From the NCBI GenBank assembly GCA_035651755.1, contig DASRFA010000057.1, positions 52,054 through 116,053 of the forward strand: 64,000 nucleotides of DNA, read 5' to 3'. The stretch's first letter is position 1; each line of letters opens with the position of its first letter. The DNA comes from Candidatus Binatia bacterium. Its GTDB lineage: Bacteria > Desulfobacterota > Binatia > UBA12015. This document shows, in pieces, positions 49,847 to 59,808 of this stretch. A program made the translations under genes and the position numbers. The notes under the pieces were generated by a model. That model was not told the origin of the DNA. It saw only the letters and a list, made by a program, of their open reading frames with translations, and did no database searches.

Positions 49847-50896
49847 ATGGAGACGCTGAAAATCGTTGGGTTGGCACAGGTCCTCGCACTCGTCCTCGCC
49901 GCGCAGGGCCGCGCTGCGCCGAGCGGCGCCCAGCTCTGCGAGGAGCAGAAGCTCCGCGCGGAGGCGAAGTACGCCGGCTGCCGACTCGTCGCCGATGCCG
50001 GCTATGCGGCGCGCGGCGACGCCGTCAAGCGCGACATCGCCTACATCAAGTGCTCGCAGAAGCTCGCTGCCGCCTACGGGAAGGTCGAGGAGAAGTATCC
50101 CGGCGTCTGCCCGACGACCCACGATCAACACGCGGTCGAGCGGTTCCTCCAGTCGTGCTCCGAGAAGGCGCGCGACTGGACGGGCGCGCGGCTCGCGTCG
50201 CCGCTCGTGTTCGAGCGCCTCGCGGCGAGCGGTCAGACCACCTGCTGGACGGGCGGCAACTCGTCGTCCTCACCGCTCCCGACCGTGTGCGCCGGCACCG
50301 GTCAGGACGGAGAGCTCCGGAAGGGCGCCGCTCTCGCCTTCGTCGACAACGGCGACGGCACGATCACCGACGAGAACACCGGTCTCCAGTGGGAGAAGAA
50401 GTCCGACGACGACAGCCTGCACGACAAGGACAACTCCTACCCCTGGATCGGCACCTGCAGCGACCATCAGTTCGGGGAGGGTTGGTGCCAGCGCGACGGC
50501 GATTGCGTGGTCTTCGGCGGCACCTGCACCGGGACGACGATCTTCGAGTGGATCGACGAGCTGAACGCGGCGCATTTCGCGGGCCACGACGACTGGCGCA
50601 TCCCGAACCTACGCGAGCTGGCGAGTCTCTCCGACTACTCCACCGGCTTCCCCGATCCGGCGCTCACGGCGGAGTTCAACACCGACTGCGGCCCGCACTC
50701 GTACGGCAACCCGGGCTGCACCGTGACGACGTGCAGCTGCACCGGCATCGACCTCTACTGGTCCTCGACCACGCTCGCGATCGCGAGCGGCGGATACGCG
50801 GAGAACGCCTGGGGCCTCTACTACGGGTACGGCTACCACTACTACGACGACAAGAGCGCCTCGCACCACGTCCGAGCGGTGCGCGGAGGGGCGTGA
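49847..50896 (+). CDS. DUF1566 secreted protein, paralog 3, with an extra Cys-rich insert.
   Basis: A signal peptide; FVDNGDGTITDENTGLQWEKK; DWRIPNLRELASL; LYWSSTT; AWGLYYGYGYHYYDDKSASHHVRAVRGG. Confidence 0.8.
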   Translation: METLKIVGLAQVLALVLAAQGRAAPSGAQLCEEQKLRAEAKYAGCRLVADAGYAARGDAVKRDIAYIKCSQKLAAAYGKVEEKYPGVCPTTHDQHAVERFLQSCSEKARDWTGARLASPLVFERLAASGQTTCWTGGNSSSSPLPTVCAGTGQDGELRKGAALAFVDNGDGTITDENTGLQWEKKSDDDSLHDKDNSYPWIGTCSDHQFGEGWCQRDGDCVVFGGTCTGTTIFEWIDELNAAHFAGHDDWRIPNLRELASLSDYSTGFPDPALTAEFNTDCGPHSYGNPGCTVTTCSCTGIDLYWSSTTLAIASGGYAENAWGLYYGYGYHYYDDKSASHHVRAVRGGA

Positions 50897-50904
50897 GGCG
50901 AGCC

Positions 50905-53859
50905 ATGAAGACCCGGACGACTCTCTTCGCCCTGACGTCGCTCGCAGCGATCGTCCTTCTCTCTCCCGCCGCGCGCGCCAGCCACTGTGGCGGCGAGGGC
51001 GAGCGCGCCTGCTGCGTCGACGAGCGCGTCCCGTCGTGCCGCGACGGGCGGGTCGAGGTGCCCGGCTGCAGCGGCGACTGCGGGTGCAGCGACGGCGTCT
51101 TCAACTCGCTCGGCACCTGTCGGACGATCACCTCCTGCGGCGGCGCCGGTGAGCGGGCCTGCTGCTGGGGCGTCGCCGAGTACGCCGACGGCGGCGTGGC
51201 GTGCGAGCCGGGAAAGATCGAGGTCCCGGGCTGCAGCGGCAACTGCCTGTGCGGCGGGGCAGGGCTCGGCTTCGACTCGCTCGGCACGTGCGTCCAGCCG
51301 AAGCCGTGCGGCGGCGAGGGACAGCGCGCCTGCTGCATCGGCGCGCTCGAGTTCGCGAGCGGTGGATTGAGCTGCGACTCCGGCCTGTGGGAGGTCCCGG
51401 GCTGCAGCGGCGACTGCACGTGCGGTGGAGCCGCGGTCGGCGGAGTCGAGTCGCTCGGCGCGTGCGCCCGGATGGAGCGCATCGACGAGCCCACGACCGG
51501 CTGGACGGCGCCGTCGTCCGGGCCCGAGTGTCCGCTTCGCGGCTACGCCGACATCCACCTGCACCTCTTCGGCCAGATGGGCCACGGCGGCGCAGTGATC
51601 TCGGGCGCCGCATGGGACGAGGACGGCGTCAACGCCGCCTTGGCACAGGACTACGGCACGGACCGGCCGCTGGTCCTACGCAACGGGATGGACGCGCCGC
51701 CGCCGATCTTGTGCCCGCTCTACATGGGTCTCGATTGCGGCAGCCACCTCTTCCACGGCGACCACCTGCTCATCGACGACCCGATCGGCTCGGACTTCGG
51801 AACGCGGGACGGCTCGCACTCGCCGCTCGGCGCCCCGATCTTCAACGGCTGGCCGCAGTGGACGTCGACGACGCACCAGCAGGCCTACTACCGGTGGCTC
51901 GAGCGCGCCTGGCGCGGCGGGCTCAGGCTCGTGACGATGCTCGCCGTGACGAACGAGTCGCTCTGCCGCTCGCAGAAGCGCCTCGCCGGCGTCGATTGCT
52001 ACGATTCGATGGCGGCCATCGACGATCAGCTCGACGCGGCCTACTCGCTGCAGACCGCGATCGACGACGAAGCGGGCGGCGAGGGCCAAGGCTGGTTCCG
52101 CATCGTGAAGAGCTCCGACGAGGCGCGCCAGGCGATCTTGCACGGCAAGCTCGCGGTCGTCCTCGGAATCGAGGTCGACAACCTGTTCAACTGCCGCTTC
52201 CCCGAGTCGCAATGCATGAAGAACGGCGGCGCGATCGAGTCGTGCAGCTTCGCGGACGACACCGGCGAGTGCACCGCCGACTCGGTGCGCGCGGCGGTCG
52301 ACAAGTACTACGAGAAGGGCGTGCGCCACGTCTTCCCGGTACACGACTTCGACAACGCGTTCGGCGGGGCGGCAACCTGGCAGGACGCGATCGACGTCGG
52401 CAATCGCGCGGTCGAGGGCCACTGGTGGAAGACCGAGGACTGCTCGGCCGACGGGTACGGCTTCGAGCTCGGCAGCTTGACGCAGATCGTCCTGAATCTC
52501 TTTAGCTTCGACGATCTGGACTCGCCGCCGGGTCACCCGGGAACGGCGAGCTGCAACTCCTTCGGCCTGCTGCCGCTGGGCAAGGTGCTGATCGCGGCGC
52601 TCATGGACAAGGGCATGATCATCGACGTCGACCACATGTCGCGGAAGGCGCTGTCGGACACGCTCGATCTGACCGAGGCGCGCGGCTACCCGGTGGTCGC
52701 GAGCCACGTGCAGTTCTTCGACCTGAATGACCCGGACATCCGCCACGAGCGCATGCGCACGCCCGATCAGCTCGCGCGCATCCGCGACTCGGGCGGCATG
52801 ATCGGCGCGATGCTGAAGGACGACGTTCAGGACACCGAAAAGAAGGGCGAGAAGAAGACGATCGCCTACGGCGACAAGGTCGACGACACCTGCCGGCACT
52901 CGTCGCGCACGTGGGCGCAGGCCTACGAGTACGCGGTCGACACGATGGGCGGCCCGGTCGCGATGGGGAGCGACTTCAACGGCATCGCCGGGCACGTCGG
53001 GCCGCGTTTCGGAAGCCAAGCGTGCGGCGGCAGCGACCGCGAGCGCAGCGCGCAGGAGCGCGACAGCGAGCGGCTCGCCTACCCGTTCTCGGTCGACGCC
53101 TTCGGAACCTTCGACGAGCAGGTCACCGGGGAGAAGCAGTTCGACTTCAACGTCGACGGCCTCGCGCACGTCGGCCTCCTGCCCGACCTCGTCGCGGACC
53201 TGAAGCAGGTCGGCCTCGACGACGACGATCTCGATCCGCTCTTCAACTCGGCGTCGGCCTACGTCGACACCTGGGCGCGCGCCGAGGGGACGTACGTGCC
53301 GCGCGACTGCCTCGACCTCGACGGCGACGGCGTGCCCAACCTGAACGACAACTGCCCGTTCGACGCGAACCCCGAACAGGCCGACCTCGACGGGGATGGC
53401 GCCGGCGACGTGTGCGACGCCGAGGACGCGCAGCTCGTGCTGCGCGAGGCGACCGTCTGGCGCAACGCGAGCAAGCGCGGGCGCCTGAGCTTCAAGGGCA
53501 CGCTGCCGACGGGCGTCTACGGCCCGGCAGACGTGCTCGACGTGTCGGCCGGCCTTCACCTGACGATCCTGGACGGCCGGAACGTCACGCAGACGGGCGA
53601 CCTGCTCGCGGGCGAATGCGTCGAGAAGGCCGGTCACGCGCGCTGCCGGAACGCGGCGGGCACCGTGCAGGCGACGTTCTCCCCGCGGCGCGACGGCGGG
53701 CCCGGCTACGACTTCCAGGTCCGGCTGCGCAAGCTCGACATCGCGCGCGAGCAGTCGGGCCCGCTCGCCGTCACGATCAAGCACGGCGACATCGATCGGG
53801 TTGGCACGAACGCGAGCTGCCGGGTGTGGGCCCGCAAGATCGCCTGCGAGGAGCGTTGA
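50905..53859 (+). CDS. Large secreted multidomain protein: four Cys-rich repeats, an amidohydrolase-superfamily (membrane dipeptidase M19-like) domain, thrombospondin type-3 calcium-binding repeats, and a C-terminal beta domain.
   Basis: A signal peptide; four repeats of C-G-G-x-G-E/Q-R-A-C-C...EVPGCSGDC.C..G....SLG.C; the metal motif ADIHLHLFGQ (HxH) and IIDVDHMSRKALSDTLDLTEARGYPVVASHVQF; DLDGDGVPNLNDNCPFDANPEQADLDGDGAGDVCD. Confidence 0.75.
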   Translation: MKTRTTLFALTSLAAIVLLSPAARASHCGGEGERACCVDERVPSCRDGRVEVPGCSGDCGCSDGVFNSLGTCRTITSCGGAGERACCWGVAEYADGGVACEPGKIEVPGCSGNCLCGGAGLGFDSLGTCVQPKPCGGEGQRACCIGALEFASGGLSCDSGLWEVPGCSGDCTCGGAAVGGVESLGACARMERIDEPTTGWTAPSSGPECPLRGYADIHLHLFGQMGHGGAVISGAAWDEDGVNAALAQDYGTDRPLVLRNGMDAPPPILCPLYMGLDCGSHLFHGDHLLIDDPIGSDFGTRDGSHSPLGAPIFNGWPQWTSTTHQQAYYRWLERAWRGGLRLVTMLAVTNESLCRSQKRLAGVDCYDSMAAIDDQLDAAYSLQTAIDDEAGGEGQGWFRIVKSSDEARQAILHGKLAVVLGIEVDNLFNCRFPESQCMKNGGAIESCSFADDTGECTADSVRAAVDKYYEKGVRHVFPVHDFDNAFGGAATWQDAIDVGNRAVEGHWWKTEDCSADGYGFELGSLTQIVLNLFSFDDLDSPPGHPGTASCNSFGLLPLGKVLIAALMDKGMIIDVDHMSRKALSDTLDLTEARGYPVVASHVQFFDLNDPDIRHERMRTPDQLARIRDSGGMIGAMLKDDVQDTEKKGEKKTIAYGDKVDDTCRHSSRTWAQAYEYAVDTMGGPVAMGSDFNGIAGHVGPRFGSQACGGSDRERSAQERDSERLAYPFSVDAFGTFDEQVTGEKQFDFNVDGLAHVGLLPDLVADLKQVGLDDDDLDPLFNSASAYVDTWARAEGTYVPRDCLDLDGDGVPNLNDNCPFDANPEQADLDGDGAGDVCDAEDAQLVLREATVWRNASKRGRLSFKGTLPTGVYGPADVLDVSAGLHLTILDGRNVTQTGDLLAGECVEKAGHARCRNAAGTVQATFSPRRDGGPGYDFQVRLRKLDIAREQSGPLAVTIKHGDIDRVGTNASCRVWARKIACEER

Positions 53860-53919
53860 CCGGGAGTTCTGTTCCCGGCGTCGATGGCGACGCGGGTGCC
53901 CTGCTCACCGTGTCGTGGT

Positions 53920-53929
53920 TCGGGGGGGG
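53920..53929. repeat. Homopolymeric G10 tract about 60 nt downstream of the large secreted-protein gene.
   Basis: GTGGTTCGGGGGGGGGGCGCTCGCC. Confidence 0.75.
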
Positions 53930-54192
53930 GGCGCTCGCCCAGCCGGACAGCCCGCTGTACCTGTCCAAGAATGGCGGCGCCGGCGTTCCCGTACCGGCAT
54001 GCCTGAAGGTGAAGGGAATCTACCTGAACACGCCGTGCTACACGGCGCGCAAGATCAACAGGCGACGGGTCAGATCACCGACACGTTGGCCTTGCTCTCG
54101 GGTGACCCGACTGTCGGACGCCAGTAGGCGCTGCCCGGTCCGGTCGGTCGCCACGTCGTAGGCGTCGAGCGCCTCGTCGTGCGGGAGGCACG

Positions 54193-54230
54193 AGACGGTG
54201 GCGCACCAACGCGAGTTGGTGCGCCACCGT
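54193..54230. promoter_or_regulatory. Perfect 14-bp-arm palindrome upstream of the P450 pseudogene (candidate operator or hairpin).
   Basis: CGGTGGCGCACCAA-cgcgag-TTGGTGCGCCACCG. Confidence 0.4.
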
Positions 54231-54265
54231 GCCTCCAATCACCACTCGTCTCGCGGAGCGAACCA

Positions 54266-54960
54266 ATGGTCGAACCGAAGATCGCCGCTACGACGGAAAC
54301 CAACCCGCGCGAATGGAAGCGCTTGATGCTCGACGCCGCGTCGCGAGGGCCGACGGTCATCGACGAAGCCACCGGGGGCAGTCCACATGCTGCGCCGTCG
54401 CGACATCGAGCGCCTTCTGAACGAGCCGCGGCTGAACGGCGTCGGGCTGTCGCTCTTCGACGCGATGGGGATCACCCGCGGTCCTTTGCGCGATTGGTAC
54501 GGGTCGCTGATGTTCACCAACGACGGCGCCAAGCACGACCGGCTGCGCCGTCTGGTCAGCAAGGCGTTCACGCCGCGCGCGGCAGCACGCCTCAGGCCGA
54601 CCGCGGCAGCACACGTCGCCGAGCGGCTGGCGGTGCTGCGCCGAGCGGGCGGCGGCGACCTCGTGCCCGCCCTCGCCCACGTGCCGATGGACGTGATGTG
54701 CGCGCTGATCGGCGTCCCCGCCGCGGCGGGCGAACCTGCTGGTCGGCGGTCACGATACCACCGCGAGCCAGATCGGCTGCACCCTCGTGACCCTGCTCGC
54801 CAGGCCGGACGAGCTCGCGGAGCTTCGCTCCGATCCCGCCTTGCTCCCCTTGCTCGTCAGCGAGACGATCCGCTTCGAGCCCGGCATCCCGTTCGCACCG
54901 CGCACCGTCGCGCTCACCGCCGATCCCGCGAGCATCGAGTGGTGTCAAGTACTTGGCCGC
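54266..54960 (+). pseudogene. Cytochrome P450 remnant with at least two frameshifts. It lacks the C-terminal heme-binding loop.
   Basis: Frame a MVEPKIAATTETNPREWKRLMLDAASRGPTVIDEATGG; frame b ...LFDAMGITRG...MFTNDGAKHDRLRRLVSKAFTPRAAARLRPTAAAHVAERL; frame c NLLVGGHDTTASQIGCTLVTLLARPDELAELRSDPALLPLLVSETIRFEP. No FxxGxxxCxG follows. Confidence 0.55.
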
Positions 54961-55063
54961 AGTCCGGCCAGGCTGCCCGTGACGCTTCGAGGAAGAAGGC
55001 GCGGCCGCAGCTCGAGCGCGGCACGTCCTTGGCGACGACGACCCCGGGGCGGGTGGACCGAAG

Positions 55064-56017
55064 CTACGCGCTGTCGTGTTCGCCGAGCCATTGGAGGACC
55101 TCGTGCACGCTCCCGGAAGCCATGGCGATGCTGGTGTCTGCTGCGCCGTAGTAGAGACGAATCGTGTCGCCGTCCTCGCTGAGCGTGTAGCCGCAAGGGA
55201 AGGTCACGTTGGCGACGTCTCCTTGACACTCGTAAGGAGCTTCGGGTCCGAAGATCCAGCAGTCGCCTCGCCGAAGGCAGTGCTCGGGCCGCTCGAGGTC
55301 CAGAAGCGCTACGCCCAGGCGGTACAGACATCCCGCGGCCGTGTGCCGGACGCCGTGATAGATCATCAGCCAACCGGCCGGCGTCTCGATCAGCGGCGGC
55401 GAGAGACCAACCTTGTTCGCATCCCACCAGGCGCCCTTGCGTGCCGGCAGGACGAGCTTGTGGTTTCCCCAGTTGCGGAGGTCCGGTGAGTAGGAGATCC
55501 AGATGTGCGCACCGGAGTCGGTCATCGGACGGTGCAGGAGCGCGAAGCTTCCCTCGACCCGCCGCGGAAGGACGGCAGCGTCCTTGTCGTCGGGCTGCAT
55601 CACCAAGCCGACGCGCTCGAACTGCCGGAAGTCCGTGGTCAGAGCCAGTGCGACGGCCGGGCCGCCGCGACCGAACGCGGTGTACGCGACGGCGTACTGT
55701 CCGAGCTCCTCGACGAACGTGATGCGCGGATCCTCGATCCCCCATAGCTCGTCCGCGTGATGCTCGGGGTCGGGTCGGAGGGTCGGCTCCGGGTCGATCA
55801 CCCAACCGTTGACGCCGTTCACCGAACGCGCCGCGCACAAGTGCGAGTGTCCTCGGCGATCCTCGACGCGGCAGAGCAGAAGCGTCGTGCCGTCCGCGAG
55901 GCGCGTTGCGCCGGGGTTGAAAACGGTGTGTGCCGGATAGGGCCAATCTGCCGCCGTCAGGATGGGATTGGCGGGCTCGCGGCGGAAGAGGGTCTCGTAC
56001 GGACGCGGCGAAGTCAT
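55064..56017 (-). CDS. Glycoside hydrolase family 130 (beta-mannoside phosphorylase-like) protein.
   Basis: ANPILTAADWPY...VFNPGATRLADGTTLLLCRVEDRRG...WGIEDPRITFVEELGQYAVAYTAF...SPPLIETPAGWLMIYHGV. The start is taken at MTSPRPYE. Confidence 0.8.
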   Translation of the reverse strand: MTSPRPYETLFRREPANPILTAADWPYPAHTVFNPGATRLADGTTLLLCRVEDRRGHSHLCAARSVNGVNGWVIDPEPTLRPDPEHHADELWGIEDPRITFVEELGQYAVAYTAFGRGGPAVALALTTDFRQFERVGLVMQPDDKDAAVLPRRVEGSFALLHRPMTDSGAHIWISYSPDLRNWGNHKLVLPARKGAWWDANKVGLSPPLIETPAGWLMIYHGVRHTAAGCLYRLGVALLDLERPEHCLRRGDCWIFGPEAPYECQGDVANVTFPCGYTLSEDGDTIRLYYGAADTSIAMASGSVHEVLQWLGEHDSA

Positions 56018-58266
56018 GCGCCGGCCCCGTGCGCGCTCGGCTCGCCGAGGCCGTGTCGAGCGGCCGAGCGCATCTCCAAGAGCGCGAGCATGAACGACAG
56101 CGTCGACTCTGCGCCCTGGTTTCGGTTGACGCGATCGGCGTGGAGCCCGTCGCGACAACCGCCGGTCGACGCGTCGTAGAGCGGAGTCTGGAGCTGGTTC
56201 TGACCGAGGAACCAGCGAAAGGCGCGGCGCGCATGCTCCGTCCAGACGGCGTCTCCGCTCGTGCGCCGAGCCGCGAGACACGCAGCGACGACGGCGTACG
56301 CTTCGAGCGGCTGCTGATCGAATGCCGCCTTGTCCCCTGCTCGCCGATAGAACCCGTTCGAGCCGATCGGTGCGAACTCGCCGACCTCCGATCGCTGAAT
56401 CGACACGAGCCATTCGAGCGAGCGCAGCCCGGCGAGCTTCATCTCCTCGTCTTCCATCCGCGAGCCCGAGACGAGTAGCGCTTGCGACAGGCGCGGATTG
56501 TCATAGGTGACCCGGTCTTCGAACCACGGCCAATCGGGCCTGCTCACCGTGCGGAACAGCTCGAGGAGGCGTTCGGCGAGACGCGTCCGAACGAGCTGCA
56601 CCGTCCTGTCGCCCTGGAAGGCGTGGAGGTACTCGTCGATTCCCAGCAGCGACGAGGCCCAGGCACGCGGGCTCGTGAAGCTCGACACCGCCGGCAGGGC
56701 GGCGTGGAACAGCTCGCCGGCTAGGGTCTGCCTGCCAGGATCCGCACCCCGTCCGACGACCGTTCCGAGCGCCCACACCGCGCGTCCATGGCTGTCCTCG
56801 GAGCCGACTTCCTCGGTCCAGGATCGTTCATACGACATGAAGTTTCTGAATCGCCCGCACTTCGAGTTGTAGGCGTGGCGCACGAAGGCGAGGTAGCGTG
56901 ATGCCAGAGCACGGACCGAACGAACATCTTCCGTCTCGCTGTCGTCGATCAACGCCATCGCCAGCAGCGCGCGTGCGTTGTCGTCCAGGCAGTACCCGTC
57001 CTCGTAGCGCGGCACGTCGAAGGCGGCATGCTGCAGCACCCCGGTCTCGTCGGTGAGCAGCCGGAGGTGCTCGAGGTTGAGATCGGGAAGCTCGAGAGGA
57101 CGCGCGGCGAGCGTGCGTGCCTCGAAGCTCGTCCGCATCCGCGCCGCGTGCTCGACGCGCGCCCGCTCGAGAGAGTGATGGTAGCTGCGCGCCACTGCCG
57201 GCCACAGCATCTCGTCGCCGTGTGCGGCCGCCCGACGACGAAGCGCGAGATGCCGGCCCTGGTCGTCAAGTAAACCGATGATCTCTCGCGCGATGGCCTG
57301 CGGATCTCGCCACGGCACGAGGATGCCGCGACCGTCGGCGAGCAGCTCGCGCGCATACGAGTACGGCGTCGAGACGACGGCCTTGCCCGACCCGACCGCG
57401 TAGGCGAGGGTGCCCGAGGTGATCTGCTCGGGGTTGAGGTACGGCGTCACGTAAACGTCGGCTGCCGCGAGGAACTCGGTGAGCTCCCCCTGGCTCACGA
57501 AGCGGTCGTGGAAGATCATGTTGCCCGCCACGCCCAGCCGCTCGGCCTGACTCTCGAGCGCGAGCCGATACGTCTCGCCCTGGCGCTCCTTTACGTGCGG
57601 GTGGGTGGCGCCGAGCACGATGTAGACCGTGTCGGGGTGCCGCGCGAGGATGTCCGGCATGGCCGCGATCGCGTATTCGATCCCTTTGTCGGGAGACAGC
57701 AGCCCGAACGTCAGGATCACCGACTTGCCCTCGACCCCGAGCAGGCTCTTGTTGCCCCCGTCGAACGGAATGGACGGGATGCCGTGCGGGATCAGGTCGA
57801 TCTTGTGATCGGGAACGGCGTAGATCTCGGAGAGGCGGCGAGCCCCATGGTGGCTCATGACCACCACTCGCTCCGATAGCCCGGCGATCTCTCCGAGCAC
57901 CTCGCGCTGGAGGGAGTTGGGCTCGCCCAGCACCGTGTGCAGCGTCGAGACGATCGGCATTCGCAGGTCTCGCAGCAACGCGACGAGATGGCTGCCGGAC
58001 TTTCCGCCGAAGATGCCGTACTCGTGCTGCACGCACACGACGTCGATCGCGTTGAGGTTCAAGAAGTCTGCCGCGCGCCGATACGACGTGAGATCGCTTG
58101 CGGCGATCTCGAACCGGACGCTCGAAGGGTACGCGTAGCGCTTTCCCGGATCGTTCATCGCGAGCACGAGGCAATCGATCTCGGGAAACGATCGTGTGAG
58201 CGCCGCGGCGAGATCGGTCGTGAACGTCGCGATACCGCATTGACGAGGCAGGTGATTGCCGATCAT
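56014..58266 (-). CDS. Glycosyltransferase family 4 (N-terminal GT-B) fused to a large C-terminal helical domain. The start is taken at MIGNHLP, and the ORF is open to 58440.
   Basis: GIATFTTDLAAAL...; ADVYVTPYLNPEQITSGTLAYAVGSGKAVVSTPYSYARELL (EX7E-like). The C-terminal 350 aa are alpha-helical (possibly toroid-like). The stop overlaps the GH130 start by 4 nt. Confidence 0.65.
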   Translation of the reverse strand: MIGNHLPRQCGIATFTTDLAAALTRSFPEIDCLVLAMNDPGKRYAYPSSVRFEIAASDLTSYRRAADFLNLNAIDVVCVQHEYGIFGGKSGSHLVALLRDLRMPIVSTLHTVLGEPNSLQREVLGEIAGLSERVVVMSHHGARRLSEIYAVPDHKIDLIPHGIPSIPFDGGNKSLLGVEGKSVILTFGLLSPDKGIEYAIAAMPDILARHPDTVYIVLGATHPHVKERQGETYRLALESQAERLGVAGNMIFHDRFVSQGELTEFLAAADVYVTPYLNPEQITSGTLAYAVGSGKAVVSTPYSYARELLADGRGILVPWRDPQAIAREIIGLLDDQGRHLALRRRAAAHGDEMLWPAVARSYHHSLERARVEHAARMRTSFEARTLAARPLELPDLNLEHLRLLTDETGVLQHAAFDVPRYEDGYCLDDNARALLAMALIDDSETEDVRSVRALASRYLAFVRHAYNSKCGRFRNFMSYERSWTEEVGSEDSHGRAVWALGTVVGRGADPGRQTLAGELFHAALPAVSSFTSPRAWASSLLGIDEYLHAFQGDRTVQLVRTRLAERLLELFRTVSRPDWPWFEDRVTYDNPRLSQALLVSGSRMEDEEMKLAGLRSLEWLVSIQRSEVGEFAPIGSNGFYRRAGDKAAFDQQPLEAYAVVAACLAARRTSGDAVWTEHARRAFRWFLGQNQLQTPLYDASTGGCRDGLHADRVNRNQGAESTLSFMLALLEMRSAARHGLGEPSAHGAGA

Positions 58267-59808
58267 GCCGAGCGCACGAAGGGAGCCGCTGACATTCTCG
58301 GAGCTGGTGGTGTCGACGGATCGGAGTCGCGAAGCCGCCGGTCGGCTTCTCATCGGATCTCCGCCGATGGTGCTCTCCGAAATGCCGGCGCTCATCGAAT
58401 CTGCCTCGACGACGGCGGTCGCCAGCCGGCGTCGTAGCACGGGCGACAGGTCGGAAAGACGGCCCGGACCTGTCCGCGATAGCCGATGAGCCCGCGTGTC
58501 TCTCCTCCCGGACCGTCGTTCGGGGAGCTCGGGAGCGAGACTTCCGTCGAGGTCGAGATCGACTTGCCGCAGCTCGCGCAGTCGACGCGCAGTGTGAGGT
58601 TGCCTTCGGTGCGAAGCGCGCTGCCTCTAGCGGCCACGAGAGGCGACGACCGTCGCGCGAATATGTGCCTTGACGAATCCTGCGTGGCGGACGACGGCGA
58701 AGTGATCGGTCCTGGTCCCGGACATGGACGGTCTCCTTTCGGAGTCCGCGCCGAGCACACGTGGGTAGGACGAGGCCCCTACACGACTCGCGCTGCGGGG
58801 CTCGCAACGAACTCGAAGGTGAGCATATCCCGCGCAATCGATCCGCGCAACCGAGCGCTGACGGCGTCAAGATACGCTCTCCAGCGAGACGAGTCCCGCT
58901 CGCCGTCGCGAGAATCTCGAACGGACGATCGACGGTCGCACGCCGCCCCGAGCATTCGACGCGCGCCGACGGAATCGGCCTTCCCGAGCTTCCGGCGGCG
59001 GCTTTCATCCAGCACGCGTCCGTCGTGCCGCTCGCCTAGGAGGCCGAAGCGAGCTCCCAAGCGTCCTTGTCGAGAGCGGCGGTCGCCTACTTGACGGGAG
59101 ATCGAAGCCGAACGCCGACGTTCGTAGACGTTCGCGCACGACGCCGAGCTCCGCGGACCGCTAGGCATTGCTTTACGTGACCATTCGAGGTAACACTCAT
59201 CTGAGTTCGACTTGCAGCCTGCTCGCGCGGCGATTCCGTATGCGCGCGCTTCGGCGCGGACTCCGATAGGAGATCGCGCGTGACCGGGACTCGCTGCGAG
59301 ACGTTTTTTCATTCGGGAGCTACTGCCGGCGGCAGCACGCTGAACGCTTGATGCCGATTCCGCGCCGCGAGCTCGTATTGCGAGCCGCGGCAATCCGACC
59401 GAAGCTCGCCATGCCGTTCGCGCGCCGACCCGTCCGAGTCGACGGCCGCACGCTCTACGGGACGGACCCGCGCTGCGCGGCCGTCTGCACCACCTGCGCG
59501 AAAGGCCGGGCGGCTGCAGTCGGCGCTCGACCTCGCTCGCGGACCGCCCGCTCGCGCTCGGATTCGAGGATGCCAGGGCGCGATCGCGGAGCACGGACCC
59601 AGAAGGAAGGTATGAGGATGTGGTTCACACTTCTCCCGGGCGGACCCCCGAGCTCGCTCGCGGTTCCGTTCTCGTTCGACGGTCTCGATCCGAAGGTTCT
59701 CCTGTCGGCGCTCCTATTCTCAGTCTGTGCCGTTCATGCGTTCCTTCATGGGCTACATTGGGGCGCTCGACGCGGTGCAGCGGCATCCGTCGTCGCACCG
59801 GCACGGTC

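Noticed and set aside
57266-59008. A 580-aa minus-strand Arg-rich ORF.
   Set aside because: An alternative frame overlapping the GT4-fusion gene, with no domains.
58779-59594. A 271-aa minus-strand ORF in the region upstream of WS/DGAT.
   Set aside because: Arg/Ser-rich low complexity. The region has lower GC and looks intergenic or promoter-like.
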